From NCBI GenBank assembly GCA_043804895.1, contig JAZDIN010000004.1:72887-136886 (forward strand): a stretch of DNA of 64,000 nucleotides, written 5' to 3'. The stretch is from Candidatus Altiarchaeota archaeon. Its GTDB lineage: Archaea > Altiarchaeota > Altiarchaeia > IMC4 > SCGC-AAA252-I15. Position numbers and translations under genes: made by a program. Of this stretch, positions 1 to 8,271 are shown piece after piece. Within the stretch, counting starts at the first letter, position 1. Each line of letters begins with the position of its first letter. The notes beneath the pieces are model-generated. The model was not told the origin of the DNA. It ran no database searches and saw nothing but the letters and a program-made list of their open reading frames with translations.

Positions 1-1
1 C

Positions 2-142
2 CACCACGCAATAGTGTCAACACTCCTCGGAGATAAGAGGATAACAAAGACTAATGACCAGCCGATGGAGGCTACGAAAGAATCAATCGAGGAGCTGAGA
101 AGAAACCTGGAGGAAACGCCGCTGTTCAAATCTGTAGCATAG
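2..142 (+). CDS. 3' end of an unidentified CDS entering from the left edge (partial)
   Basis: Open frame from the window edge to TAG at 140-142 (...EELRRNLEETPLFKSVA*). No recognisable motif. Overlaps the 3' end of the convergent Nudix gene. Confidence 0.3.
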   Translation, partial: HHAIVSTLLGDKRITKTNDQPMEATKESIEELRRNLEETPLFKSVA

Positions 143-533
143 CCTTCACGTCTGCGACTATTTTCCCGTGGTCGAATGCTAACTCTGGAAGTGCGTCTAA
201 TGAGAACCATTTCGCCTCCTTCGCATCGTCTGCGGCCTTCAGTTTCCCGCCGACTATGTCGCACAGGAATATGATGCCGACTGTGTGGCCTCGGGGGTCT
301 CTTTTCGGGTCGCTGTAGACGCCCACCAGCTTCTTTATCTTCACGTCAAGGCTCGTCTCCTCCTTGGCCTCGCGGACGCACGCGTCCTCCACCTTCTCCC
401 CTAAGTCCACAAAGCCGCCTGGAAGGGCCCAGGAGCCTTTGAACGGCGGGTTCACCCGCCTAATGAACACAATCTTCCCGGCCTCGACTATAGCAGCATC
501 CACGGTCACCGACGGAGTCTTCACGTCTATCAT
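126..533 (-). CDS. Nudix hydrolase
   Basis: Nudix box GGFVDLGEKVEDACVREAKEETSL (GX5EX7REUXEEXGU). 135 aa. Lies directly downstream of folK-folP on the same strand. Confidence 0.85.
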   Translation of the reverse strand: MIDVKTPSVTVDAAIVEAGKIVFIRRVNPPFKGSWALPGGFVDLGEKVEDACVREAKEETSLDVKIKKLVGVYSDPKRDPRGHTVGIIFLCDIVGGKLKAADDAKEAKWFSLDALPELAFDHGKIVADVKAMLQI

Positions 534-542
534 CGTATTACA

Positions 543-1007
543 CTAGCGTTTGACACTTATATTCCTGTATAGCTCAGCGACGGTCTTCTTGAGCACTGGG
601 TGGGTGAATGCAGGGCACAAGACATTCAGCGGTTGGAGTACGAACTGCCGCTCATGCAGTCGCGGATGAGGGAGTGTCAGTTCAGGCTCGTCAAATATTA
701 AGTTGTCGTAGAAGAGGATGTCAATGTCGATAGTCCGGGGGCCATTTTTCACAGTCTCCTTCCTCTTCAGTTTCTGTTCAATCACCTTGATGAACCATAG
801 GAGTTCTATGGGCGTCAGTTCGGTCTCGACTTCCGCTGCGCAGTTTAGGAACATGCCCTGCTCCTTGTAGCCGACTGGCTCGGTCTCGTAGAGCGGAGAG
901 ACGTTCATGACCTTGCACTTTTCGCCCAGCAGGCGGACTGCTTCTTTGATGTTCTTTTCCCTGACACCGAGGTTAGAACCCAGGCTGAGGAATACTTTAG
1001 CCATCAT
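543..1007 (-). CDS. folK: 6-hydroxymethyl-7,8-dihydropterin pyrophosphokinase (HPPK)
   Basis: FLSLGSNLG N-terminus, PRTIDIDILFYD and LTLPHPRLHERQFVL motifs typical of HPPK. 4-nt overlap with folP. Confidence 0.85.
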   Translation of the reverse strand: MMAKVFLSLGSNLGVREKNIKEAVRLLGEKCKVMNVSPLYETEPVGYKEQGMFLNCAAEVETELTPIELLWFIKVIEQKLKRKETVKNGPRTIDIDILFYDNLIFDEPELTLPHPRLHERQFVLQPLNVLCPAFTHPVLKKTVAELYRNISVKR

Positions 1008-1831
1008 GCACCCCTTATCGCATCGGCAACCTGGGCCGCCCTCTTCACTTGGAGGACGTCGTGGACTCTCACGATATTGGCTCCGTTCATTATGGACACG
1101 GCCACCGCAGCTAACGTCCCCTCAAGGCGCTCGTTAACAGGCAGGCCAGTGACATCCCCTATGAACGACTTTCTGGAGGGGCCGATGAGTACCGGACACC
1201 CCAGGGTTTTGAACTCTGCGAGCCGTTTAATTAACTGGAGATTGTGTTCTGTGGTCTTCCCGAACCCAATCCCTGGGTCTATGATGACGTCCTTTATGCC
1301 TGCCTTCTTCGCAGCATCAGCACGCTCCTTCAGGTAGGCCTTCACCTCATTGACGACGTCGCCGTATTTCGGTTCCTGTTGCATGCTCTTGGGTGAGCCT
1401 TTCATGTGCATTATGACTGCAGGGACGCCGTATTGTGCCACTGTGTCCATCATCCTCCTGTCAGCTAATCCGGTTATGTCGTTGACCATGTGCGCCCCCA
1501 TTTTAAGGCAAACTCTCGCGACCTCAGGTTTGTAGGTGTCTATCGATATCGGCACATCCGCCTCAGCCAGGAGCTGTGATATGACTGGCCACACCCTTTC
1601 AAGTTCCTGTTCGACTGAAATTGGCTCCGAGCCTGGCCTTGAGCTTTCGCCTCCGACGTCTATTATGTCTGCGCCTTCCTTGACCATCCTTTTGGCGTGT
1701 TCCAATGCCTGGTCTGTGTCGGCGTAGATTCCATCCCTTGAGAAGGAGTCTGGGGTGACGTTCAGCACACCCATTATGATGGTCCGCTCTAGGGTGAGCT
1801 GGTGTTTGCCGCAACGTATGGTCTTTTCCAT
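1004..1831 (-). CDS. folP: dihydropteroate synthase
   Basis: GVLNVTPDSFS and DIIDVGGESSRPG motifs. The 310-aa track ORF is trimmed to the internal ATG (MEKTIRCGKHQL...) at 1831, because the upstream extension is basic and unlike DHPS. Confidence 0.85.
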   Translation of the reverse strand: MEKTIRCGKHQLTLERTIIMGVLNVTPDSFSRDGIYADTDQALEHAKRMVKEGADIIDVGGESSRPGSEPISVEQELERVWPVISQLLAEADVPISIDTYKPEVARVCLKMGAHMVNDITGLADRRMMDTVAQYGVPAVIMHMKGSPKSMQQEPKYGDVVNEVKAYLKERADAAKKAGIKDVIIDPGIGFGKTTEHNLQLIKRLAEFKTLGCPVLIGPSRKSFIGDVTGLPVNERLEGTLAAVAVSIMNGANIVRVHDVLQVKRAAQVADAIRGA

Positions 1832-1883
1832 CCGGTTATTACATGTAAAGTCATGTTTTTTAATCTGAAATCCTGTTTGTATT

Positions 1884-1994
1884 ATGCGTTCCCTCTTCTG
1901 CCCCATGTGCGGTTGCGATATGTTGCCTGAAACCACCTTAACTTCAGGGAGACGATACCTGTGTGAGGTGTGCGGGCATAGGGTGGTAGGGTGA
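1884..1994 (+). CDS. possible 36-aa zinc-ribbon mini-protein
   Basis: My own translation gives MRSLFCPMCGCDMLPETTLTSGRRYLCEVCGHRVVG*. It has a CPxCG...CxxCG four-Cys pattern. It is below the track's length cut-off and has no other support. Confidence 0.3.
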   Translation: MRSLFCPMCGCDMLPETTLTSGRRYLCEVCGHRVVG

Positions 1995-2043
1995 CCATAC
2001 AGCCAGGCGCCTATTTTAGTTCGTCATTTGTCGTTGTCGTATG

Positions 2044-2051
2044 TTTATATT
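2044..2051 (+). promoter_or_regulatory. TATA-like box upstream of ftsZ
   Basis: TTTATATT lies about 60 nt upstream of the ftsZ ATG, in an AT-rich divergent intergenic region. Confidence 0.3.
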
Positions 2052-2109
2052 CTTGTTTCATCAAAATGAACTATATCAAAGTGATTTTTCCTCAGATATC
2101 TAATTTAAA

Positions 2110-3186
2110 ATGAAAGCACTGGTAAATGAAGCATTACAAGGCGGTGAAATACGCGGGAGCGAGATAGGGTTTGACGAGTCCGAACAGCTTAGGATTGTAG
2201 TTATGGGAGCCGGCGGAGGCGGCGGAAACACCGTGAACCGGTTGTGTAAGATAGGGGTTAGCGGAGCCGAACTCGCCGCATGCAACACCGACGCGCAGGA
2301 CCTGAAGAAAATCGACCAGCGCATAACGAAAGTACTCATAGGAGCGAAGATAACAAGAGGCCTGGGCGCAGGAGGCTTCCCTGAGATGGGGATGAAAGCA
2401 GCCGAAGCAAGCAGGAACGACCTCGTCAACTACCTACAGGGGACGCACCTCATGTTCCTGTGCGCAGGAATGGGAGGCGGAACCGGAACAGGCGCAGCCC
2501 CAGTCATCGCGGAAGTCGGGAAAGAGGTCGGAGCCATAGTCGTTTCGATAGTCACCTACCCGTTCAAGCTGGAGCGTGCAAGGATAACCAAAGCCCGCGA
2601 GGGCATAGAAAAGCTGAGGAAGGCAGCTGACACGGTAATAGTCGTCGACAACAACAAGCTCGTCGAGTACGTGCCGAACCTTCCGATAGACAAATCATTC
2701 CTGATAGCTGATGAGATTGTCGCAAGAGCTGTGAAAGGGATAACAGAGACTATCAAGGAGCCGTCACTCATCAACCTAGACTTCGCGGACATACGCTCAG
2801 TCCTCGGTGGCGGAAAAGTCTCAGTCATAGGGATAGGAGACGGCGAAGGCCCTGACAAGGTAGAGCTTGGAGTCAGGAACACGCTGGAACACCCGCTATT
2901 GGACGTCGACTACAAGGGCGCTAAGGGGGCGCTAATCCACATAACAGGCGGACCTGACCTGACAATAGGAGACGCCAACAGGGTCGGAGAGCTCATAACA
3001 CAGGAGTTCGACCCATCAGCCAACGTCATGTGGGGAGCCAGAGTGAACCCGACATTCGAGGACAGGATTGAGATTATCAACATCGCAACAGGAGTGAAGT
3101 CTCAGCACATCCTCGGAGCAGGCTCAGACGACGGCGACGGGGACTACGAGAGGGAAACATCCGACTGGGACATCAGGTCGCTCTAG
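2110..3186 (+). CDS. ftsZ: cell division GTPase FtsZ
   Basis: [13 protein letters not shown] and the tubulin signature [16 protein letters not shown]. 358 aa. Confidence 0.95.
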   Translation: MKALVNEALQGGEIRGSEIGFDESEQLRIVVMGAGGGGGNTVNRLCKIGVSGAELAACNTDAQDLKKIDQRITKVLIGAKITRGLGAGGFPEMGMKAAEASRNDLVNYLQGTHLMFLCAGMGGGTGTGAAPVIAEVGKEVGAIVVSIVTYPFKLERARITKAREGIEKLRKAADTVIVVDNNKLVEYVPNLPIDKSFLIADEIVARAVKGITETIKEPSLINLDFADIRSVLGGGKVSVIGIGDGEGPDKVELGVRNTLEHPLLDVDYKGAKGALIHITGGPDLTIGDANRVGELITQEFDPSANVMWGARVNPTFEDRIEIINIATGVKSQHILGAGSDDGDGDYERETSDWDIRSL

Positions 3187-3269
3187 GACATACATCCCAA
3201 TCCTAATACAACCACCCATTTAGGCTCCGCCCCACATCCGGTTTTATAGCATCCATCAGATATACTAAC

Positions 3270-3641
3270 ATGGAATCAGGAAAGGTCGCATTATCCCGGA
3301 CCCCAACCGCCCCCAAACCAGAGCCATCAGATTCCACAGCCTATGCTGACAGGATCCTTGCAGAGCGTAAGGCCATGAAACTGAAGCTTAGCTTCTACAT
3401 CAGCATCCTCGTTGGAGTCGTCCTGGTCATACTGACGGTGTTCGGGATAATCGATGCAACCATCGCAGCGGTGATATTCGCATTCCTCATAGTCGGCATG
3501 CTCGTCTTCCATGGCGGAGTAACGGCCATGATCTCTGGAGTGTCAGACCACGAAGGCTACGAAAAACAGCTTGAAGAGGAGGAACAGAGGAAGGCAGAGG
3601 AGGCCGAATACTTCGGCGAGGAACACCACGACGCCGACTGA
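3270..3641 (+). CDS. small membrane protein, two predicted TM helices and an acidic tail
   Basis: Hydrophobic stretches LSFYISILVGVVLVILTVFGII and AAVIFAFLIVGMLVF. Glu-rich C-terminus. No family recognised. Confidence 0.5.
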   Translation: MESGKVALSRTPTAPKPEPSDSTAYADRILAERKAMKLKLSFYISILVGVVLVILTVFGIIDATIAAVIFAFLIVGMLVFHGGVTAMISGVSDHEGYEKQLEEEEQRKAEEAEYFGEEHHDAD

Positions 3642-3644
3642 AGG

Positions 3645-4475
3645 TTACATTCGTGATTTTTTCTGCCTTTCCACCCGCTCAACAAGTTTTTTAGCGTAGT
3701 CAAGCCCAGATATGTCAGAGGCGACATCGATTATCAGGTTGTGGTGGCTGCCAAGAAGCAGAGTCTTTCTTTCCTTTACCCGTATGTTGGTTGTGAGCAT
3801 GCTATTTCTTATGTCCGTGTATTTCCGCAGAACATCGACTGCATGCCGGTCCTCGACAAGTTGCTTCCACCTGCTTTCCCTGAGTTCTGGTCTCTGCAGG
3901 TATTCCTGCAGGGTGTGGTATTCCAGTCCGCTTGAAATGGGCGACAGGCTTTCGGATTCGCAGACGACCACATGAGGTTCGGTCAGCTTTGCCATCTTAG
4001 TGGCTAAGACGAGTCTTCGGAAGTCATCGATTAAATGCAAGTCTGGGGCAGGCCCTGCAACATCCCTTTCATATGCTTCTGTCACGATGATGTCGGCATT
4101 CACAAGCTGCACCCCCTTGTAGAGGAGTTCACTGCAATGAGCCCTCATTTCAGGGTTTTTGCTGGCGATTACGCAATCGCTAGGCTCCGGGTGGGGGCCA
4201 ATCTCCAGTTGGGAGGACCCGTCATATTCCTTGTACCTGAGGCAGAATTCTGGCAGGACGCCGCCCCAGATTATTCGTTTAGCCCCTGAGAGGGACTCAT
4301 CAATAGACTTTTTAGGGTAGGCGACGCCTGCTTCGACCAGGATTATGGTGAAGACTGCGCATGTTTCCGGCGATGTGACAGTGATGAAAGGGTGCTGGAA
4401 TTCCTTCACCCCGAGGTCACCTACTTCGCTGCCTGACCCTTTATTATCATCATCTGGTGGTTTGAGGTTGCTCAT
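3645..4475 (-). CDS. hypothetical protein (276 aa)
   Basis: Long ORF with ordinary composition. No motif I can name. Confidence 0.5.
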   Translation of the reverse strand: MSNLKPPDDDNKGSGSEVGDLGVKEFQHPFITVTSPETCAVFTIILVEAGVAYPKKSIDESLSGAKRIIWGGVLPEFCLRYKEYDGSSQLEIGPHPEPSDCVIASKNPEMRAHCSELLYKGVQLVNADIIVTEAYERDVAGPAPDLHLIDDFRRLVLATKMAKLTEPHVVVCESESLSPISSGLEYHTLQEYLQRPELRESRWKQLVEDRHAVDVLRKYTDIRNSMLTTNIRVKERKTLLLGSHHNLIIDVASDISGLDYAKKLVERVERQKKSRM

Positions 4476-4609
4476 TCCAGTAATGATAGGGGAATCGCAA
4501 GCCTAAAACATACTTTTCCGCCGCTCTAGGGATTCCTTAATACCCCCGCCATACACTAGGATATTGTATGTCAAAATCCCTTAGGACATAGGGATTTTGG
4601 GAGAGTAAG

Positions 4610-4798
4610 ATGAAAGGGCAAGTACCAGATTGGAGGGTCAGCACAGTAGTGAGCGACCCTGAAGCAGGAAAGGATAGGTGGACGAACGTCGGGGTGGCAT
4701 TCGAAGGCAACGACACGATAACAGTGCTCGTTGACGCGATGCCAGTTAACGGCAAACTCATCCTACAGCGTCCGCGCAAAAAAGAAGAGGCCAAGTAA
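4610..4798 (+). CDS. hypothetical small protein (62 aa)
   Basis: ORF preceded by GGGAGAG and a 9-bp hairpin (4573-4598). No family recognised. Confidence 0.4.
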   Translation: MKGQVPDWRVSTVVSDPEAGKDRWTNVGVAFEGNDTITVLVDAMPVNGKLILQRPRKKEEAK

Positions 4799-4824
4799 CC
4801 CCCACATGCCGGAAGCAGAGGGGG

Positions 4825-5346
4825 TTACAGTTTTTTTATCATATATATTATCTTTTCCTCCAGCCCATCCTGGCGGACGTACTCGGACTCTGACAACTCT
4901 TTGAAGCCCATCTTCTGCCAGAATTGTAGGGCCGGGGTGTTTTTCATGTTCACGTTCAGTATAACGTGCGTCGCCTCCTTAGTCCGGAGGTGCTCCTGCG
5001 TGGTCTTGTAGAGCATCGTCCCCAGGCCACGTCGTCTGAGAGGCCGTTCTATGACGATCAGGTCTACTTCAGTCAGTTTCTTTACCTTCTTGAATGGGTT
5101 AAACGTTGGTGTCCGGATGGTTATGAATCCGATTATCGTGTTGTTATCCTTTAGGACGAAGGTTTCGCATTCGCTGTCAGTGAGCGTCTTAGCCCATGGT
5201 ATCTCGCCGTCTATGTAACGGTAGTTTGCGTCTCCTACGCCGGCGGAGACCCTGTCTTCGTTGAACTCCATGTAGAGTTTTAGTATCCCCTTAGAGTCCC
5301 CAGGGGCAGCTAAGCTAACCTGCATAGTGTATATTTCACCGTACAT
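4825..5346 (-). CDS. GNAT-family N-acetyltransferase
   Basis: Acetyl-CoA loop RPLRRRGLGTMLY (Q/RxxGxG). Start trimmed to MYGEIYTMQV... (ATG at 5346), because the track extension runs through a structured repeat. Confidence 0.75.
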   Translation of the reverse strand: MYGEIYTMQVSLAAPGDSKGILKLYMEFNEDRVSAGVGDANYRYIDGEIPWAKTLTDSECETFVLKDNNTIIGFITIRTPTFNPFKKVKKLTEVDLIVIERPLRRRGLGTMLYKTTQEHLRTKEATHVILNVNMKNTPALQFWQKMGFKELSESEYVRQDGLEEKIIYMIKKL

Positions 5347-5432
5347 ATTAATCAATACCTCTAGGATAGTATTTACCAGAAAAAACGCAGAGTAGTATTG
5401 TATTAACCCTGCGCTTTTATGACGCGACCTAA

Positions 5433-5507
5433 CCCCCTGGCTAGGGCGTGTGTCTGAGCATTGCTCAGCCACATAAATACCGCAGCCTTCAGGCTGCAGG
5501 TATTTAT
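5433..5507 (-). repeat. multi-hairpin module, copy 1 (in the GNAT 5' leader)
   Basis: Read on the minus strand: hairpin CGCAGCC-TGAA-GGCTGCG, then ATGTGG, hairpin CTGAGCAATGCTCAG, ACACACGCC and CTAGCCAGGG. The same architecture occurs at 6609-6679, 21313-21360, 45178-45250 and 50194-50269. Confidence 0.7.
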
Positions 5508-5541
5508 TGTCCGTCGAGGATAGTTAAGTCGGTGAGTTGGT

Positions 5542-6411
5542 TTGAAGGCGACATTTTTTGGCAGTCTGAAGACGCTGTTGGACCTCATACGCATGAGGAA
5601 TGCGGCGATATCTTTTCTGGGAGTGTATGTGGGCGCGTTGGTCTTCCTGTTGAAGCCTTCGATGCCGCTCTTGGAAGTCCTTAAGGCAGCTGTGTCGACC
5701 AGCCTGATACTTGGGGCTGGCAACACCCTCAACGACTACTTCGACTTTGAGATAGACAGGGTGAACAGGCCGAAGAGGCCGATTCCTTCAGGGAGGATAA
5801 GCCGCCGGTGGGCGCTCATCGTGTCGGTTGTCCTTTTCCTAGTCGGTTTAGGGTTTGCTTTGGGGATAAACGACCTGTGCTTTGACATAGCCTTGTTCAA
5901 TTCCGCGCTGCTTGTCATGTACGCGGCTTACGGGAAGAGGATGCTCCTGGCATCGAATATAATGATAAGCTACCTTGTCGCCTCAGTCTTCCTCTATGGG
6001 GCGGCTGCGGTGCATTCGCCGACTGTGAGCTTTGACCCTGCGGGTGCGAAGCTTGTCGTAATACTCGCCTTGTGCGCGTTCTTCGTGAACTTCAGCAGGG
6101 AAATCGTGAAGGACATAGAGGATGTTGAAGGAGACATGAAGAAGAACAGCCTAACGCTCCCGATAAGATACGGGGAAAAAAACGCCAGACTTTTAGCATT
6201 CACCTCAGCCGTCTTCGCAGTCCTGATAAGCCTGACGCCGGTACTCTCACAGACTCACAGCTTCAACAGACTCGCCTACACGGCGCTTCTCATACCAACA
6301 GACATTATGATACTCTTCTCCTTCACCACATGCCCGGCCACAAACCAGAAGCTCCTAGTCCTCAGCATGACCCTCGCACTACTCTCATTCCTACTCGGCG
6401 CAACAATTTAG
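5542..6411 (+). CDS. UbiA-family prenyltransferase, probable digeranylgeranylglyceryl phosphate synthase
   Basis: NDYFDFEIDRVNRPKRPIPSG (the Asp-rich UbiA motif) and about 8 predicted TM segments. TTG start as in the track; an alternative ATG lies at 5593. Confidence 0.8.
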   Translation: MKATFFGSLKTLLDLIRMRNAAISFLGVYVGALVFLLKPSMPLLEVLKAAVSTSLILGAGNTLNDYFDFEIDRVNRPKRPIPSGRISRRWALIVSVVLFLVGLGFALGINDLCFDIALFNSALLVMYAAYGKRMLLASNIMISYLVASVFLYGAAAVHSPTVSFDPAGAKLVVILALCAFFVNFSREIVKDIEDVEGDMKKNSLTLPIRYGEKNARLLAFTSAVFAVLISLTPVLSQTHSFNRLAYTALLIPTDIMILFSFTTCPATNQKLLVLSMTLALLSFLLGATI

Positions 6412-6433
6412 CTCGTAACGTGATAATGCACTC

Positions 6434-6453
6434 GTGCCACCGACAGGTGGCAC
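6434..6453. terminator. 8-bp GC-rich hairpin between the convergent DGGGPS gene and tRNA-Thr
   Basis: GTGCCACC-GACA-GGTGGCAC. A terminator role is only inferred, since archaeal termination usually relies on oligo-T. Confidence 0.3.
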
Positions 6454-6516
6454 AAGTCCGTTCCGGGGGGATCAGGGTTAACTTAAAACTGAGGGGGCGG
6501 TAGCCCCCTGCGGTTT

Positions 6517-6723
6517 AGCCTCAGGCGAGAATTGAACTCGCCACCTCGTGCTGTTTGTAGCTTGAATTGACCCGGTTTTTCTTTCTTTGAACCCGAGGGC
6601 CTCACCGCCGAGCCTTTTAGGCTCGGGTGTGTGTCTGAGACTTTTGTCTCAGCCACATTCTTTCTTGCGAAGAAAGAAAGGGGCTCTACCAAGCACGCGC
6701 TCTACCTACTGAGCTACTGAGGC
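6517..6723 (-). tRNA. tRNA-Thr(GGU) with a 134-nt intron after position 37
   Basis: Manual cloverleaf: GCCTCAG-TA-GCTC-AGTAGGTA-GAGC-G-CGTGC-TTGGTA|intron|A-GCACG-AGGTG-GCGAG-TTCAATT-CTCGC-CTGAGGC-T. No encoded CCA. TTATAA box about 28 nt upstream (6751-6756). Confidence 0.85.
6553..6686 (-). other. tRNA-Thr intron (134 nt) containing the multi-hairpin module
   Basis: Begins GAGCCCCTTTCTTTC..., homologous to the start of the tRNA-Glu intron. Contains ATGTGG-CTGAGACAAAAGTCTCAG-ACACACACC-CGAGCCTAAAAGGCTCG. The exact splice junctions are inferred from the cloverleaf. Confidence 0.7.
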
Positions 6724-6872
6724 TTTGTTGATGTTGCCAATTCGCCAGCCTTATAAGGCCTTTATTGAGGCGATTTGGTTCCTATTCTTTAGGTATTTGT
6801 GGTTTATATGTTCCGGGGTGAGTGTCCCTTAGGGGTGTGGGGTTTTTTATTGCGTTGCGCTTATTATCTACC

Positions 6873-7151
6873 ATGGGTAATTGTGGGAGATGCGGTAAGC
6901 CTATGTTCAACCCGGGGGAGGCGGTTTGCGAAAGCTGTAAGAAGACTATTTCGAGGGGTGCTTCTAAACATGCTGATAGGATGAATAGGAGGATGGATGA
7001 GCAGGCTGAGTTGTTCATGAACATTGCGGCTCCGGGTGGTGATGAGGATGTTAAGGGTGACATGCGCCATGAGCATTATGTGAACACCCATGACGCCTCC
7101 GCGGTTTGGGCTGATGGGGGCGCTAAGAAGGGAGGCAGCAGGAAGCAGTGA
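6873..7151 (+). CDS. small zinc-ribbon protein
   Basis: MGNCGRCGKPMFNPGEAVCESC (CxxC...CxxC). Start trimmed to the ATG at 6873. Confidence 0.5.
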   Translation: MGNCGRCGKPMFNPGEAVCESCKKTISRGASKHADRMNRRMDEQAELFMNIAAPGGDEDVKGDMRHEHYVNTHDASAVWADGGAKKGGSRKQ

Positions 7152-7153
7152 GT

Positions 7154-8218
7154 TCAGTTCATCCTGTAGCGTAGTTTGGCTGCCATTCCCCCGAGTGAGC
7201 TTAACCTCTGTCCAGCTTCTGATTCGCTGTTGATTAGGTGGACTTTGCCTGCTGAGTTTGTGACTTGGTTCATCAGCGGTTCCGCGTGCGCTCTTTCGGC
7301 GAAGAAGAGTGCGTCGGTCACGAGGAGCATTTCAGCGGCGCCCGCGTTGACTGCGTCTGCCACTTCCTTCCGACCGTATGCTGCAAGTCCGGTGTCCTTG
7401 CCTATCTGTTTTAGTATGTCTTCGACGAGCCTGATGTCTTGGACTGAGTTGACTTCCTCGATAGTCCTTTGTATTGCTTCCCGTTTGAGGACCTCCTGTA
7501 TTCCGTTGCGTCCTGCGCTGCCTGTGTCTTCGATTGCGCATTTTCCAGCTAGTTCTTGATTTTCTTCCTTGAGGAATTTGAAGTAGTTGTTCTTCTCAAA
7601 TCCTGGCCCGGATAGTATCGCGTTGCCAGCGTTCTCCTTTTCCATGACGTTCCCGATGAGTTGGGTGAGTTGCCGGTAGAATTCGGCTTTGCGGGTCTCC
7701 CTTCCCTTCGCATCGTATTTTCCGCCGATGTTTGAGCCTATGTCATAGTATTCTAGCTTGGATTCCCTAAGGAGGGCCAGCGTGGCTTCTCCCTCATCAA
7801 GCGACACTATTATGACCTTAGGTCGTAGGGTGCTTTTGACCGCGTCGTTGAGGCGGTCCATCTCCGTCTTAGCCCACCGCTCCTTTATGATTGTCAACTG
7901 AGTGTCTGCGTCGACGTTGAGCGTGTGGTGGCTGCCTTGGCTGACTATGTCCTCGGGGCCTTCCTCGATTGTGCCTGAGACTCGCAGGACGCTGGTGTCT
8001 GATTTGAAGTCGGTCTTCTCGACTTTGACTGTCAATGTGATTGTCTTGCGTTCTCCTCCTGAGCTTTTGGTGTCGTCCTTGTCTTTGATGCGCCTCTGGC
8101 TCTTCCCCTTCACCAGGTCCCCGGAAGCGATGACCTGGCTGAGGTACCACAGGTCGTCGAGGCTCTCGCACCTGACCCTGACGAGCCCATGCCGCAAGTC
8201 CTTGTACTCTATCCTCAT
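7154..8218 (-). CDS. pelA: pelota (Dom34) mRNA surveillance / ribosome rescue factor
   Basis: N-terminus MRIEYKDLRHGLVRVRCESLDDLWYLSQVI. 354 aa with eRF1-like three-domain length, and C-terminal GGMAAKLRY. Confidence 0.88.
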   Translation of the reverse strand: MRIEYKDLRHGLVRVRCESLDDLWYLSQVIASGDLVKGKSQRRIKDKDDTKSSGGERKTITLTVKVEKTDFKSDTSVLRVSGTIEEGPEDIVSQGSHHTLNVDADTQLTIIKERWAKTEMDRLNDAVKSTLRPKVIIVSLDEGEATLALLRESKLEYYDIGSNIGGKYDAKGRETRKAEFYRQLTQLIGNVMEKENAGNAILSGPGFEKNNYFKFLKEENQELAGKCAIEDTGSAGRNGIQEVLKREAIQRTIEEVNSVQDIRLVEDILKQIGKDTGLAAYGRKEVADAVNAGAAEMLLVTDALFFAERAHAEPLMNQVTNSAGKVHLINSESEAGQRLSSLGGMAAKLRYRMN

Positions 8219-8271
8219 AACATAGGATTAGTGCGAGAAGGTTTAATATAAAAAGCCGTTAAAGTAGGGGT

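Noticed and set aside
1832-1990. Possible riboswitch (THF or similar) in the folP upstream region
   Set aside because: I see no recognisable conserved riboswitch core, and such elements are essentially bacterial. The region is better explained by a divergent promoter and perhaps a small zinc-ribbon ORF.
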